This document shows positions 51,437-64,000 of a DNA stretch of 64,000 nt, piece after piece. The notes under the pieces are model-generated. The model made no database searches, was not told the DNA's origin, and saw only the letters and a list, made by a program, of their open reading frames with translations. Origin of the DNA: Octopus vulgaris (Eukaryota); the NCBI GenBank assembly GCA_951406725.2, contig OX597837.1:26536001-26600000 (forward strand). The letters run 5' to 3'. The first letter of the stretch is position 1, and every line of letters starts with the position of its first letter. Position numbers and translations under genes: made by a program.

Positions 51437-52950
51437 ATCTAATTCAGGGTTACGAATTTGCAAGCTCCCTTGACAATAGAATGTGATTTTTTGCTGCTTT
51501 CGTGTTTGCACACAAACCGCAGCATCAAGACCCCTGTACTAGATAAGTACTTGTTCATTGCTATTGTGGAGGTGTTATAGCACAATTCTCCCTTCATCAT
51601 TCCTCTTCCTCCATTACTTCTAAGCAGGTACAGACGATCAACATCTGCTTTTGGATGGTGCATGTTCTTAGATGTTAGTAGTTTTCTTGTCTTCCTGTCC
51701 AGGCGTTGGAGCTCTGTAAAATTCCAGTTAATGATGTTAAATCTGTATTGGACTACTGGAAGCGCCAGGGTGTCCACAGCCAGCAGACTAAGACGATACT
51801 TGTTTACTGGTCATACTTCAAGAACCCTGCGAAGAATTCTTGCAGTTCCAAGCAATGCTGATTTTTGTAGGTGTTCTACCTTCACACTTCTATCAATGTT
51901 TTTGAGCCATGCTGGTAGTTGAGCGCTGATACTTCCAAGGACGCCAATTACTATTGGTATCACGCCTACTCTCCCCATGGACCACAACTTTCGTATTTCC
52001 CACTTCAAATCATCATAGTTGATTATTTTTTTCTCCTTCTTTCCCTTTGATCCTGTTGTCACCAGAACATGCTATGTCGATGCTTCAAGAACCCTCCGAA
52101 GAATTCTTGCAGCTCCAAGCAATGCTGATTTTTGTAGGCGTTCTACCTTCACACTTGTATCAATCTGTTTGAGCCATGTTGGTAGTTGAGCGCTGATACT
52201 TCCAAGGGCGCCAATTACTATTGGTATCACGCCTACTCTCCCCATGGACCACAACTTTCGTATTACCCACTTCAAATCATCATAGTCGATTATTTTTTCT
52301 CCTTCTTTTTCTTTGATCCTGTTGTCACCGGAACATGCTATGTCAATTCTCATGCATATTCTCTGGTTTTTATTCACCACATCAGTGTCTGTTTTCTGAT
52401 ATCTGGTCAGGTGATCACACTGAATCATTATACCTCACAAGATTTTGCAATTCTCATTCTCGGTGACTTCTTCTGGGGTTTTCTCATACCACGTTTTTGT
52501 TCTTTGTAAGCCGTGATTTCCACAGAGCCCTCAATGGTTCATTCTTGCCACACTGTCATGTTGTCTTTCGTATTCGCACTATGCCAATTTCGGACATTCG
52601 CCAACGATGTGCCGTACCTTTTCGCCCCTCTCATTACACATTCTGCACTTGTCGCTGTCGGTAGTGTTGTCTTTTCTACACGTCATATAGTTCGTCCTTC
52701 ACGTTTGTTCTTGAGTTGCGCGTATAAGTGCTTCTGTCTCTATCTTCAGGTCACTCCTCCTCATCCATAGTCACCCGTCCTCTGTTTCTGTCTTGGCGTT
52801 CGTATCTCTTGCAAACTGTCCGTACATTTTTTTTCCTTCCATGCTGTCCCTTTTTTTTTTCTTTTGTGTGTGTGTGTCCTTTTACTCTTTGAATTTTTCT
52901 TTCATTACACAGTTCTCAGAATACTTGTTTCAAAATCCTAGTATCAAATG
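51437..52950 (-). mobile_element. Rearranged R4/Dong-like RLE retrotransposon fragments
   Basis: LDRKTRKLLT..HHPKADVDRLY..GGRG (RT thumb); IDIAC.GD..VIPIVIGALG..LQKSALLG (RLE region) present twice. Confidence 0.8.
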
Positions 52951-53284
52951 GACGTAATGAATAAAGCAATAAGAAAATTTGTTTTTCCTTCTTTTACTGA
53001 AATATCTTGCTTGTTACGTTCCATCTTATCCGTTTGAATGGAGAAATCCCGCAAAATCTTTCTTCCCGACGATTGTATTATGTACTTTCTGCTTCAAACA
53101 TCTATTTCTGACAAAGCTTCCTGTGTAACATTTTCACAACTTGATCATGTCTCCATTTCCTATAATCTCCTTGCGCCAACTTGGGACATTTTGCACCAAT
53201 ATGGGCTATTATTTCGTCCCAAATTCCACATCCTCTACATTTTGCCGAAACCTCTCCATACACATATTTTCTCAAGTTGTTTGG

Positions 53285-53445
53285 TAGGAGTGGCTATGTG
53301 GCAAGTAGCTTACTTACGAACCACATGGTTCCAGGTTCAGTCCCACTGCATGGCACCTTGGGCAAGTGTCTTCTACTATAGCCTCGGGCCGATCAAAGCC
53401 TTGTGAGTGAATTTGGTAGACGGAAACTGAAAGAAGCCCGTCGTA

Positions 53446-53486
<41 letters not shown>

Positions 53487-53610
53487 GTGTTTATATGTTT
53501 GTTTGTGTGTGTTTATCCCCCCTCCCAACATCGCTTGACAACAGATGCTGGTGTGTTTATGTCCCTGTAACATAGCGGTTTGGCAAAAGAGACCGATAGA
53601 ATAAGTACTT
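53285..53610 (+). mobile_element. SINE family A
   Basis: taggagtggct..ggcaccttgggcaagtgtcttc head and core. Confidence 0.85.
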
Positions 53611-54290
53611 TCTTCAAATCTACCCCATTTCATTCTCAAAATAGCGCACTTTTCAAACCCGAATTCCATTTCCATATTATTCGAGAAAATACGAAGAGTA
53701 TGCACTCTATTTCCTCAAAAAAAGCCGTCTTCTATTCGACTGAAAATTTATTCCGTTGAAAACCTTTGCATCTAGCATCATATTTTTACAATTTGGCCTT
53801 TAACGCCACCGCCCTTTGTAACAATTCTTCATGTACAGTTTGCTTTCCTTTTTCTTCTGACTTGTACTATCAATTCAATTTTCTTATTACTACCTCACTC
53901 TTGTGTTCTTCTCTCATTATCCTTTTTAATTCCCAAGTTCTTTGCATGTCTTTTCCAATTTCATTCGTATTCTTCTCCCTTCAGTTCGGATTCTTTCTTT
54001 TCCTTCTGCTTCTTTTCTTCAACCGTCTTCTTCATGTCTCGTGTGTTATGTCAGCTCCAGCACATTTGCAGCAGCGGTTATGATTAGCTGGTTTGTTTCA
54101 CTGATATTCTCTGTTTTAACAAAACTCAAAAAGGCCGTTCACTTTGCCCGTGGCTCTCCTTACTTACTTTTTCCTCTGTATTTTATTACCTTACAATTTG
54201 GTGGCATTTCATTGTTTACACCAAACATTTCACTTCGCAGCAGTTATATAGACTCTCCTTCTCTTCAACGTTCAAGTCTTGTTCAACATA
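53610..54290 (-). mobile_element. Further R4/Dong-like relic (RT region and upstream sequence)
   Basis: RIFSNNMEMEFGFEKCAIL resembles the region after the catalytic DD motif in this clade. Confidence 0.55.
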
Positions 54291-54324
54291 TATTGTTATT
54301 CGTCCAGCTTCATCTCCTTCACTA

Positions 54325-54341
54325 CGTCGTCGTCGTCGTCG

Positions 54342-54404
<63 letters not shown>

Positions 54405-54491
54405 CCACCACCACCATCATCATCATCACAATCATCATCATCATCATCATCATCACCACCATCATCATCATCATCATCATCGTCGTCGTCG

Positions 54492-54528
<37 letters not shown>

Positions 54529-54532
54529 TACC

Positions 54533-54581
<49 letters not shown>

Positions 54582-54625
54582 CCATCATCATCATCATTAT
54601 CATCATCGTCGTCGTCGTCGTCATC

Positions 54626-54657
<32 letters not shown>

Positions 54658-54691
54658 CATCATCACCATCATCATCATCATTACCATCATC

Positions 54692-54723
<32 letters not shown>

Positions 54724-54800
54724 CGTCGTCGTCGTCATCATCATCATCATCATCATCATCATTACCATCATCATCATCACCATCATCATCATCATTATCA

Positions 54801-54836
<36 letters not shown>

Positions 54837-55029
54837 TCATCATCATCAACCCCATCATCATCATCATCATCATCACCATCATCACCATCACCATCATCAT
54901 CATCACCATCACCATCATCACCATCATCATCATTACCATCATCGTCGTCGTCGTCGTCGTCATCATCATCATCATCACCATCACCATCACCATCACCATC
55001 ACCATCATCATCATCATCATCACCATCAC

Positions 55030-55091
<62 letters not shown>

Positions 55092-55123
55092 CCATCACCA
55101 TCACCACCACCACCACCACCACC

Positions 55124-55157
<34 letters not shown>

Positions 55158-55168
55158 TCATCATCAGC

Positions 55169-55203
<35 letters not shown>

Positions 55204-55240
55204 TATTATTGTTGTTGTTGTTGTTCCTGTTGTTGTTGTT
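54325..55240. repeat. Long (CAT)n tract with CGT/CAC variants
   Basis: Direct reading. Confidence 0.95.
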
Positions 55241-55612
55241 ACTAAGACGGAGACTTAGTTTTGATTTAACCTCGAACTTTATTGATCGCAAACGGTTGTT
55301 GATTTGTGGCGGAGAAATTTTCATGGCAGGAAAATATTAATACAAAATAGAAAGAAAAAATAAGAAAAAAAAAAGAAAAAGAAAAAGAAAAAAAAGATAC
55401 CGAATTCCTTGGTAACCTGATTTTTATTGTACAACAATAATAACAACACCGAAACGAAAACAACAACAACAACAACAGCAACAATAACAGCAATGTACCA
55501 AAAAAAAAAGGTTGCGAAATAGTGAGAACAGTCGCAGTTCCAAGAGGAACAAAAGTAATAAGAACAAAACAAAAAACAAAAAAAAAAAACAAAAGTAAAC
55601 CGAGTAGCAAAA

Positions 55613-55795
55613 ACTACTACTACTACTACTACTACTAGTACTACTACTACTACTACTACTACTGCAACTACTACTACTGCAACTACTACTACTACTACTA
55701 CTACTGTAACTACTACTACTACTACTACTACTACTGCAACTACTACTACTACTACTACTGTAACTACTACTACTACTGCAACTACTACTACTGCA

Positions 55796-55840
<45 letters not shown>

Positions 55841-55858
55841 GCAACTACTACTACTGCA

Positions 55859-55921
<63 letters not shown>

Positions 55922-55931
55922 GCTACTACTG

Positions 55932-55975
<44 letters not shown>

Positions 55976-56041
55976 GCTACTGCTGCTACTGCTGCTGCTA
56001 CTACTGCTGCTGCTACTGCTGCTGCTGCTGCCCCTGCTGCT

Positions 56042-56128
<87 letters not shown>

Positions 56129-56183
56129 GGTGGTGGTGGTGGTGGTGGTGGTGATGGTGATGGTGATGATGATGATGATGAAT

Positions 56184-56222
<39 letters not shown>

Positions 56223-56228
56223 GTGATG
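55613..56228. repeat. CTA/CTG/ATG/GTG compound trinucleotide tract
   Basis: Direct reading. Confidence 0.95.
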
Positions 56229-56479
56229 ATATTTCTCAAAAATACAATTTCCCCTATATTACTTTGAAAGGTCAAAGAATTGTAAATCGTAATTTCTAAA
56301 TTCTTACAATTAAATTTTAATGAATTCAAATTTCTTTCTTTCTTTCATTCCTTCGCTTAGTCATCATTCGCTGTCTTATACACACATACATGCATGCATA
56401 CATACGTACATACATACAGACGTAAACATACAGAAGTAAACATACATACATATGTAAACATGTGGAGTCTCATCTGTCA

Positions 56480-57215
56480 TAAGTTAAGGGATCTTTGTAT
56501 CACAGGAAAACTCGGAGAATGGCCCTTTGACTTCCTGCACTGTTGATGTTGAATCTGTTGTTGAAAATGGTGTTTTCTCTGCTAAGTCACCTGTAATAAG
56601 TGGTATACCCCAGGAAACGGTTCTAGGACCATTTTCATTTTCATCACCCAATCAGGTACAGGATCACAAGTGCATTCGGTCAACCTAACGAGTTACGCCT
56701 ATGACACAAAAATACTGATGGATATCCAATCTTCAGAAGACACAGACACACTCCAAAATGAACTAAACCTCATTTACCAATGGACAGATGTAAGTAATCT
56801 GAAATTTAGCACATCAAAATTTCAGGTTCTTCATTACGGAGGGAATACACACAAATCGCAATATTTGACACCAAATAACACAATGATTCAAAGCGCTAAT
56901 GACATACGGGTCTTAGGAGTAATCACGTCAAATGATGCATCTTTCACCTGCCACATCAAACTGACCCCTAAAAGCAGACATCTCATAGGATGGATCCTAC
57001 GAACCTTCGTGACAAGAGAACCGGTTATGTTAACTTTATGTTAACTTTATGGAAAACCCTAGTTCTGAACAGATTAGATTACTGCTCACAGCTTTGATCT
57101 CCTAACTCACCCCTTCTCATAGAAGAAACGGAAGTGTTACGAAGAAACGTTCACTAGTAAAATATCTTAGGGACCGTTTGAAAGTTCTTCGTCTCTACTC
57201 TTTTGAACGCAGAAC
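56480..57215 (+). mobile_element. Decayed CR1-group LINE RT fragment
   Basis: SGIPQ.TVLGP, YAYDTK (from YADDTK), LQNELNLIYQW, RVLGVI, GWILRTF, RLDYCSQL. Confidence 0.75.
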
Positions 57216-57667
57216 ATAAATATATATATACATATTCACTGGTAAAGTTTCCACTTATTTTAAATTTTTATTTTCCTAAAATTTTCGTTGCGTCTTGCAA
57301 CCTTTTCAATAGTAAGAAATAAGTGGAAATTTTACCGGTGAATGTGTTAAATTATAAGGCACAAAAAGAAAATGACTCTCCCCAGACACAATAGAATATG
57401 CCTCAACACACGAACTCCCATAAAGAATCTTGCAAACCAAATCCAAAAACGAAATATATATATATATATATATATATTTCGTGAACTCTCCCTATATACT
57501 CCGGAAGGTGCTCGAAAAATAAGAGGTGTTACCTTAGTTTACTGGCAATGAACAACTGACACCGTAGTACATCTCCAGCGTTAGAAGCTGTGCAAAGACA
57601 ATAATAATAACAACAACAACAACAACAACAATAATAATAACAATAATAATGATAACAAATAAATAAA

Positions 57668-57733
57668 GTGGTCTAGTGGTTAGGATTAGTGGCTTTCACC
57701 CAGGCGGGCCAGGTTCGATTCCTGGCATAGGAA
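57668..57733 (+). pseudogene. 5'-truncated tRNA-Glu(TTC) pseudogene
   Basis: tggtctagtggttaggatt..ggctttcaccc..ggttcgattcctggcataggaa follows eukaryotic tRNA-Glu; the 5' acceptor strand is missing. Confidence 0.7.
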
Positions 57734-57748
57734 CTAGTTATTTTTTAT

Positions 57749-57914
57749 AGGTGCAGGAGTAGTTGTGTGGTAAGTAGCTTGCTTATCAACCACATGTTTC
57801 CAGGTTCTGTCCCACTGCGAGGCATCTTGGGCAAGTGTGTCTTCTGTTGTTGCCTCCGGCCGACCAAAGCCTTGTGAGTGGATTTGGTAGACGGAAACTG
57901 AAAGAAATCCGTCG

Positions 57915-57962
<48 letters not shown>

Positions 57963-58205
57963 CGCGTGCGCGTATGTGTGTGTATGCTTGTGTGTCTGTT
58001 TGTCCTACCACCATCGCTTGACAACCGATGCTGGTTTGTTTACGCTCGCGTAATTTGGCGGTTCGGCAAAAAAAAAGACCGATAGAATAAATACTAGGCT
58101 TACAAAGAATAAGTCCTGAGATCGATTCGTTCGATAAAAAATCGGTGCTCCAGTATGGCCGCAATCAAATGACTGAAACAAATAAAAGAGTAAAAGAGTA
58201 AAAGA
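57749..58205 (+). mobile_element. SINE family A
   Basis: Full head, core and (agtaaaag)n tail. Confidence 0.85.
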
Positions 58206-58472
58206 ATAAATAAAAATAAAAAATTCCGATACACTGCATTATTTGCCTGCAATGGAGAAAAAGATGTAATATGGAAGAAGAGTTACTCAACCGATCTGTG
58301 TCTTTTACGACTTCTGTCAGTTAAAAAAAACAAATTCGTGTGCGTTCGAGTATGCTGCTATTCTATCGACCAAGATACCAATCTGTTGTCTGAAAGATCG
58401 CGACGCTTTCAACTGTTAATAATTATGATTTATTGTTTCCGCCTTCGCTAAGGCAGAGGTATTGTTTTTCTT

Positions 58473-58888
58473 AAGGCGGCGAGCTGGCAGAATCGTTAGC
58501 ACGCCGGGCGAAATGCGTAGTCGTATTTCGTCTGCCGTTACGTTCTGAGTTCAAATTCCGCCCAGTACGACTTTGCCTTTCATCCTTTCGGGGTCGATAA
58601 ATTAAGTACCAGTTACGCACTGGGGTCGATGTAATCGACTTAATCCGTTTGTCTGTCCTTGTTTGTCCTCCCTGTGTTTAGCCCCTTGTGGGTAGTAAAG
58701 AAATAGGTATTTCGTCTGCCGTTACGTTCTGAGTTCAAATTCCGCCGAGGTCGACTTTGCCTTTCATCCTTTCGGGGTCGATAAATTAAGTACCTGTTAC
58801 GCACTGGGGTCGATGTAATCGACTTAATCCGTTTGTCTGTCCTTGTTTGTCCTCTCTGTGTTTAGCCCCTTGTGGGCAGTAAAGAAAT
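58473..58888 (+). mobile_element. SINE family B tandem (full plus 5'-truncated unit)
   Basis: TSD ggtattgtttt at 58458-58468 and 58890-58900. Confidence 0.85.
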
Positions 58889-59100
58889 TGGTATTGTTTT
58901 CCGTCGTGTTTGTTTGTTGGTTTTCCGTGGACAAGATATCTCAAGAAGCGCTGGATGGATTCGGATGAAATTTTCAGGAATGTTTGGCCTTGTGACTGGC
59001 ACGAACTGATTAGATTTGGGGATCGATCCGGTACCGGACAAAGATACTGGATTATTTTCCCTGTTTTTTTTACTTAAATTTTGAGAGCGGTCGGGTTCAT

Positions 59101-59386
59101 GGATCTTTTCCTTTTGAACGGCAGTTTGTAACATAATTTCTAGGTAACTAAAAAATGTTAAACTTCGTATACTGGTAGAATGTGTTTATAAAACATCATT
59201 TTCTCTTGGCTTTATTGAGAAAATTCTATAGGTTGTAACATATTTCGTCTAAAATTTCTTGCATTTCGGCAATTTTAACCAATCAATTACCTCCATTGAC
59301 GTAAATAACATTCTGTGCATAATGAATATGTCCCTCGTTTAAGAAACAGATTGGAATTATTTACATTTGTGAAGAAAAAAAGATCC
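59101..59386. mobile_element. Shortened GGATC-TIR MITE with one cryptic end
   Basis: Perfect 8-bp TSD gggttcat at 59093-59100 and 59387-59394; right end is only aaaagatcc. Confidence 0.85.
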
Positions 59387-59826
59387 GGGTTCATTTTTAG
59401 TATTCTCGTTTGTGAGAGCAGTCGAGTTAATTTAAGATATTCTCATTTTAAAAATCGTCTCTGGCTAATCGTTAAGAGGACGTTGGTGTTGCCTTGGCGG
59501 AGGTCTGCGCTCTTTGAGTGCTCTTGTCTCTTTTTTGATTTGTCACATCGGAAGCGAACAGTGAGTTTCCCCAGTAAATCACTGGTATTTAACTTCTTCA
59601 TTTTATTTAGGTATTTATATGCATACATAGTGTGGCATTGAAACCTTGCTTTGGGTCCAGTTTCACGGTAATGAGATCACGTGATCAGCCAACGGACTTT
59701 TGCGATTTCTCGGTTCTTTGAATATCCCCAGGTCCTTCTTACTTTCTTCTTTCTCTCTCTCTCTCTCTTTCTCTCAATCTCCTATGTCCTTTTGTCTCTC
59801 TCTTTCTCAGTCTCCTTCGTCTTTTC

Positions 59827-59917
<91 letters not shown>

Positions 59918-59924
59918 AGGAGAC

Positions 59925-60285
59925 CCCCTTCGGTCACGACACAGACCATGGGATTGCACCTAGAAAGTTACCTTCCCAGGCGCAAGTCCGGGCAAGGTTG
60001 TTTATGGAAGGCCAGCAGTCGCCCATGCATTCCGGCCTCTCCTCTCCATGCTACCAGTGTTATCCAAGGGAAAGGCAAAGGCCGATCCCGCTTGGCACCA
60101 GTGATGTTGCAACTCATTTCTACAGCTGAGTGAACTGGAGCAATGTGAAATAAAGTGTCTTACTCAAGAACACAACACGCAGCTAATAAAGAAATTGAAA
60201 CACAACACGCTGCCCGGTCCGGGATTTGAACTCACAAACTCACGATCGTAAGCTCGACGCTCCAACCACTGAGCCATGCGTCTTC
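59925..60285 (-). mobile_element. tRNA-derived SINE family D
   Basis: Minus-strand head tggctcagtggttggag..gagttcaaatccc, core gtgttcttgagtaagacacttt..tgctccagttcactcagctg. Confidence 0.7.
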
Positions 60286-60387
60286 ACACACACACACACA
60301 CACACACACCCATATATATCCTTCGTCTTTCTCTCTCTACTCTCACTCCCCTCTCTCTCTCTCACCCCACCTTCTCTCTTTTCCCAC

Positions 60388-60427
<40 letters not shown>

Positions 60428-60837
60428 GTCTGTCTGTCTGTCTGTCTATCTCTGTCTGTCTGTCTGTCCGTCTGTCTGTCTCTCTCTCTCTCCCCCTCTC
60501 TCTCTATCCCTTTCTCTCTCTCCTTCATATCGCGGCACATGGTTCCGGGTTCAGTCCCACTGCATGGCACCTTGGGCAAGTGTCTTCTACTCAGTGAAAA
60601 TTGTGTGTGTTTTATTTCTTTTGTACGTAGCATGACGTTTCTTTGACGAAGAGACAAACGATTCTAATTATCCAGTCACAACGGCAAGACTTGATGTGTT
60701 TAGCTGCAGAAAATGGATCCCGTCACTTGGCTGCGAGGTGTGAGATTTTAATTACTCAGGAGCTCGCTTCTTGTTTGATCGATCACAGGTTTTGATACGC
60801 GGCGGGATTTGCGGTAAGGCGTTGAACTCGGAGCACA

Positions 60838-60892
<55 letters not shown>

Positions 60893-60902
60893 GCTGCTGC
60901 TG

Positions 60903-60985
<83 letters not shown>

Positions 60986-61019
60986 ACCACTATTACTACT
61001 ACTACTACTGCTGCTGCTG

Positions 61020-61101
<82 letters not shown>

Positions 61102-61527
61102 CACTGCTTCTGCTACTACTTCTACTACTACGACAACCACTGCCACCACCACTGAAGCTACTACTACAACTACTACTACTACTACTTCTACTACTACTGC
61201 TACTGTTGCTGCTGCTGCTGCTACTGCTACTGCTGCTTATAATGAGGAGGAGGAGGAGGAGAGAGATTTCTTTCATGGCCGCAAAGACGAAGTCTGACGG
61301 GATATATCAAATATGAATTGCAAAATCGGTGGATTTAAACAGAAGCTGGCGGCCAGAACCCATCAAAAGTCATTGAATCTCTACCAGCAGTATGAATGTA
61401 CTGAGACCCTGTTTACCAGGGTCCCTGTACATAAATACCCGCACGTGACCAAAAGATATCAACGACAACACAAACATCGCCTACAACAACCACACCATCA
61501 ATAACAGCACCACCAAAAAAATTATCT

Positions 61528-61740
61528 CAAATTTTGGCACAAGGCCAGCTATTTTAGGAGAAGGGGAGAAATCGATTACATTGACCCCAGCGCTCAACTG
61601 GTATATAATTTATCGACCCCCGAAAGGATGAAAGGCAAAGTCGACCTCGGCAGAATTTGAACTCAGAACGTGAAAGACAGACGAAATATCACTAAGCATT
61701 TTGCCCGGGGTGCTAACGATTCTGCCAGCTCACCGTCTTA
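61528..61740 (-). mobile_element. SINE family B, alternative-tail variant
   Basis: Same head and core; tail tggccttgtgccaaaatttga. Confidence 0.8.
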
Positions 61741-62253
61741 CAATAAAAACAATAACAAAAACAACAACAGCACCAAGTGGAGGCGCAATGGCCCAATAGT
61801 TAGGGCAGTGGACTCGCGGTCGTAAGAACGGGATTTCGATTCCTAGACCGGGCATTGTCAGTGTTTATTAAGCAAAAACACCTAAGCTCCACGAGGCTCC
61901 GGAGAGGGGTAGTGGTGGTGAACCCCGCTGTACTCTTTCACCACAACTTTCTCTCACTCTTTCTTGCTACTTCTGCCACAAAGCAGAGGAACTATGGTGT
62001 AACACACTATGGTGTGATAAACCTTCAGACCCTAGTCTAGGTTGCGAATCTTCTGTACACCAGGATGGTTCAGCTTAACACCCGTTAAAAGCCACTGTTT
62101 ACGGAATGAGGATAACAACGTAGCTTTCGCGCCCGTGCAACCGCCAGTCTATCGCGTGTGGTGGGTGGATCTTCAAGTTTCCACACGCATTCTTAGTAGC
62201 TTAGAGCAGGCTCGAATTAGAGATTATTCTTTGTGGCTGATGGCGTGAGTCCT

Positions 62254-62378
62254 GATTTACCTAATAAAGCCTCTTCACCTTAAAGTTAATTTTAATCCAA
62301 AATCGAGGTCGCAATCTCTTCTTTCAATATGAACTCTCAAAAAAAAAATTACGCTGCTATCCCTATGGTAACTGATCT
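62254..62378 (-). pseudogene. rrnL: NUMT: fragment of mitochondrial 16S rRNA
   Basis: Minus strand agttaccatagggatagcagcgtaat..gagagttcatattgaaagaagagattgcgacctcgat.ttggattaaa matches conserved metazoan 16S motifs with substitutions at conserved sites. Confidence 0.88.
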
Positions 62379-62409
<31 letters not shown>

Positions 62410-63249
62410 AAGAAGAAGAAGAAGAAGAAGAAGAAGAAGAAGAAGAAGAAGAAGAAGAAGAAGAAGAAGAAGAAGAAGAAGAAGAAGAAGAAGAAGAAAA
62501 CAGCATCACGACGAGCACCACTAACACCAATAACATCACCACTGACTCTGCGGTAACCTCTGCTGCCGCCGCGGTGATGGCGGCGTCAGAGGCAGTGGTG
62601 GTGGAGGCCATAAGTACCTTTCACCCCTGTTACCAGTGGAAGTACTATTTTTTGAATAGATGTTTGGCTAACTTAATAATCAGAGTTCAACTTCTCTAGA
62701 CCTCGTTCCTGCTTATTGCAATCGCGGTCAGAGCCTCTGACACTATGACCACAATGTTTCAACGAATCCTACTGCTAATCCACTAACAATACTACCAGAA
62801 TATGTTTTGAAACATCTTAACAGCAACAGAAGTGAATAACCTCAGCTAGATAGTACCGTCGTCCTTTCTTTGATATCTTTTCGATCTAATCACGTCGGTC
62901 TTTTGAAGAATCGTCGTATTTTCGCTCAAACGTCGACTGAAGTTTATAAGTTAATGCATTCTTTTTAGATTCTTATTGAAAGAGAAAAGAAGAAAGCGAA
63001 GCGCATGAGCAGCCGCACAAGAGGAGATGAACTAAAATATTGATTCGGTTAGTTGCTAGTTTCAGTGAAGTTGAAGATAACATGACTATTAATGTTGTTA
63101 GTTAACATGTGTTAAGTAGAGTTACAAATGTTTATAAAAACCGAAAACTCTGTGAGTGTGTGTGTGTGTGTATTTGTGTGTGTGCGCGCGTATGTATTTG
63201 TGTATAGGTGCGTATTGTGTGTTGTGTGTATTAATATACTCTTTTTACT

Positions 63250-63660
63250 CTCTCTTTTACTCTTTTACTTGTTTCAGTCATTTAACTGTAGCCATGCTGG
63301 AGCACCGCCTTTAGTCGAGCAAATCGACCCCAGGACTTATTCTTTGTAAGCTTAGTACTTATTCTATCGGTCTCTTTTGCCGAACCGCTAAGTAACGGGG
63401 ACATAAACACACCAGCATCGGTTGTCAAGCAATACTAGGGGGACAAACACAGACACACAAACATATACACACACATATATATATATATAAATACGACGGG
63501 CTTCTTTCAGTTTCCGTCTACCAAATTCACTCACAAGGCTTTGGTCGGCTCAAGGCTATAGTAGAAGACACACTCGCCCAAGGTGCCACGCAGTGTGACT
63601 GAACCCGGAACCATGTGATTGGTAAACAAGCTACTTACCACACAGCCACTCCTACGCCTA
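63250..63660 (-). mobile_element. SINE family A
   Basis: Colinear with 1366-1795. Confidence 0.85.
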
Positions 63661-64000
63661 TACGTGTATGTATCTATATATTTGTATGTATATGTGTGTG
63701 TACATGTATATATATGTGTGTGTGTTGATTGTTTCACTGGTGATTGCTGTCACCTCGTTGTCAATGGCATCCCTGATTTTCCATCCACGACCTCTCAGAT
63801 GACTATTCACTCCCGTTGCCTATCTTCATGGTTTGAAGCACAGGTGACAGACGAAAGCTGTTACCTACTGCGTGTTTCCAACTGGTTAGGTCAATATATA
63901 CTGCAGTTCTTCCATCGCCGTAGGACTTTTAATCATGGAAGGCAAGGTTTACGATATCGGAGGAATACCGTCTGCTTCCATCATCTTCTTGTTCTTTACG

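Larger units (their letters stand above)
58430..59525 (+). mobile_element. DINE-1/HINE-like (or Crypton-like) non-autonomous element hosting a SINE and a MITE
   Basis: Subterminal inverted motif tccgcc..aagg / ccttggcggagg, GTTT microsatellite, 3' hairpin gcgctc-ttt-gagtgc. Confidence 0.55.

Noticed and set aside
53942-55340. Long ORFs in all frames (poly-Ile, Ser, Asp, Met), also at 4053, 11298, 46911, 55424, 60748
   Set aside because: Translations of stop-free microsatellites.
62254-62378. Functional rRNA gene
   Set aside because: Short mutated mitochondrial fragment in nuclear repeat context.

Overview
AT-rich, microsatellite-dense eukaryotic DNA, very probably a cephalopod (Octopus-type SINE families, mollusc-like mitochondrial 16S fragment). 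I find no host protein-coding gene; the window is a stack of mobile elements. Main content: two nearly identical full-length L1/Tx1-clade LINEs head-to-tail (16491-26973, minus) with a triplicated 16-bp target site; a decayed RTE LINE; R4/Dong-type and CR1-type LINE relics; three Tc1/mariner relics (a DD41D element nested in a DD34D mariner); Helitron-type non-autonomous elements and a Rep fragment; several tRNA-derived SINE families; Penelope-like hammerhead and fold-back pieces; a 16S NUMT; a tRNA-Glu pseudogene. The strongest unexplained structure is a pair of 265-bp, about 97% identical inverted repeats at 8182-8446 and 39670-39934. They are flanked by an 8-bp target duplication that splits one SINE in two, defining a 31.75-kb GGATC-ended (Merlin-like) element whose cargo looks older than its ends. 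Second, a tRNA-derived SINE family shares its 3' tail with the Tx1 LINE, and the tail hairpin covaries between copies. All comparisons were made by eye; family names are recognition-based and need database confirmation.
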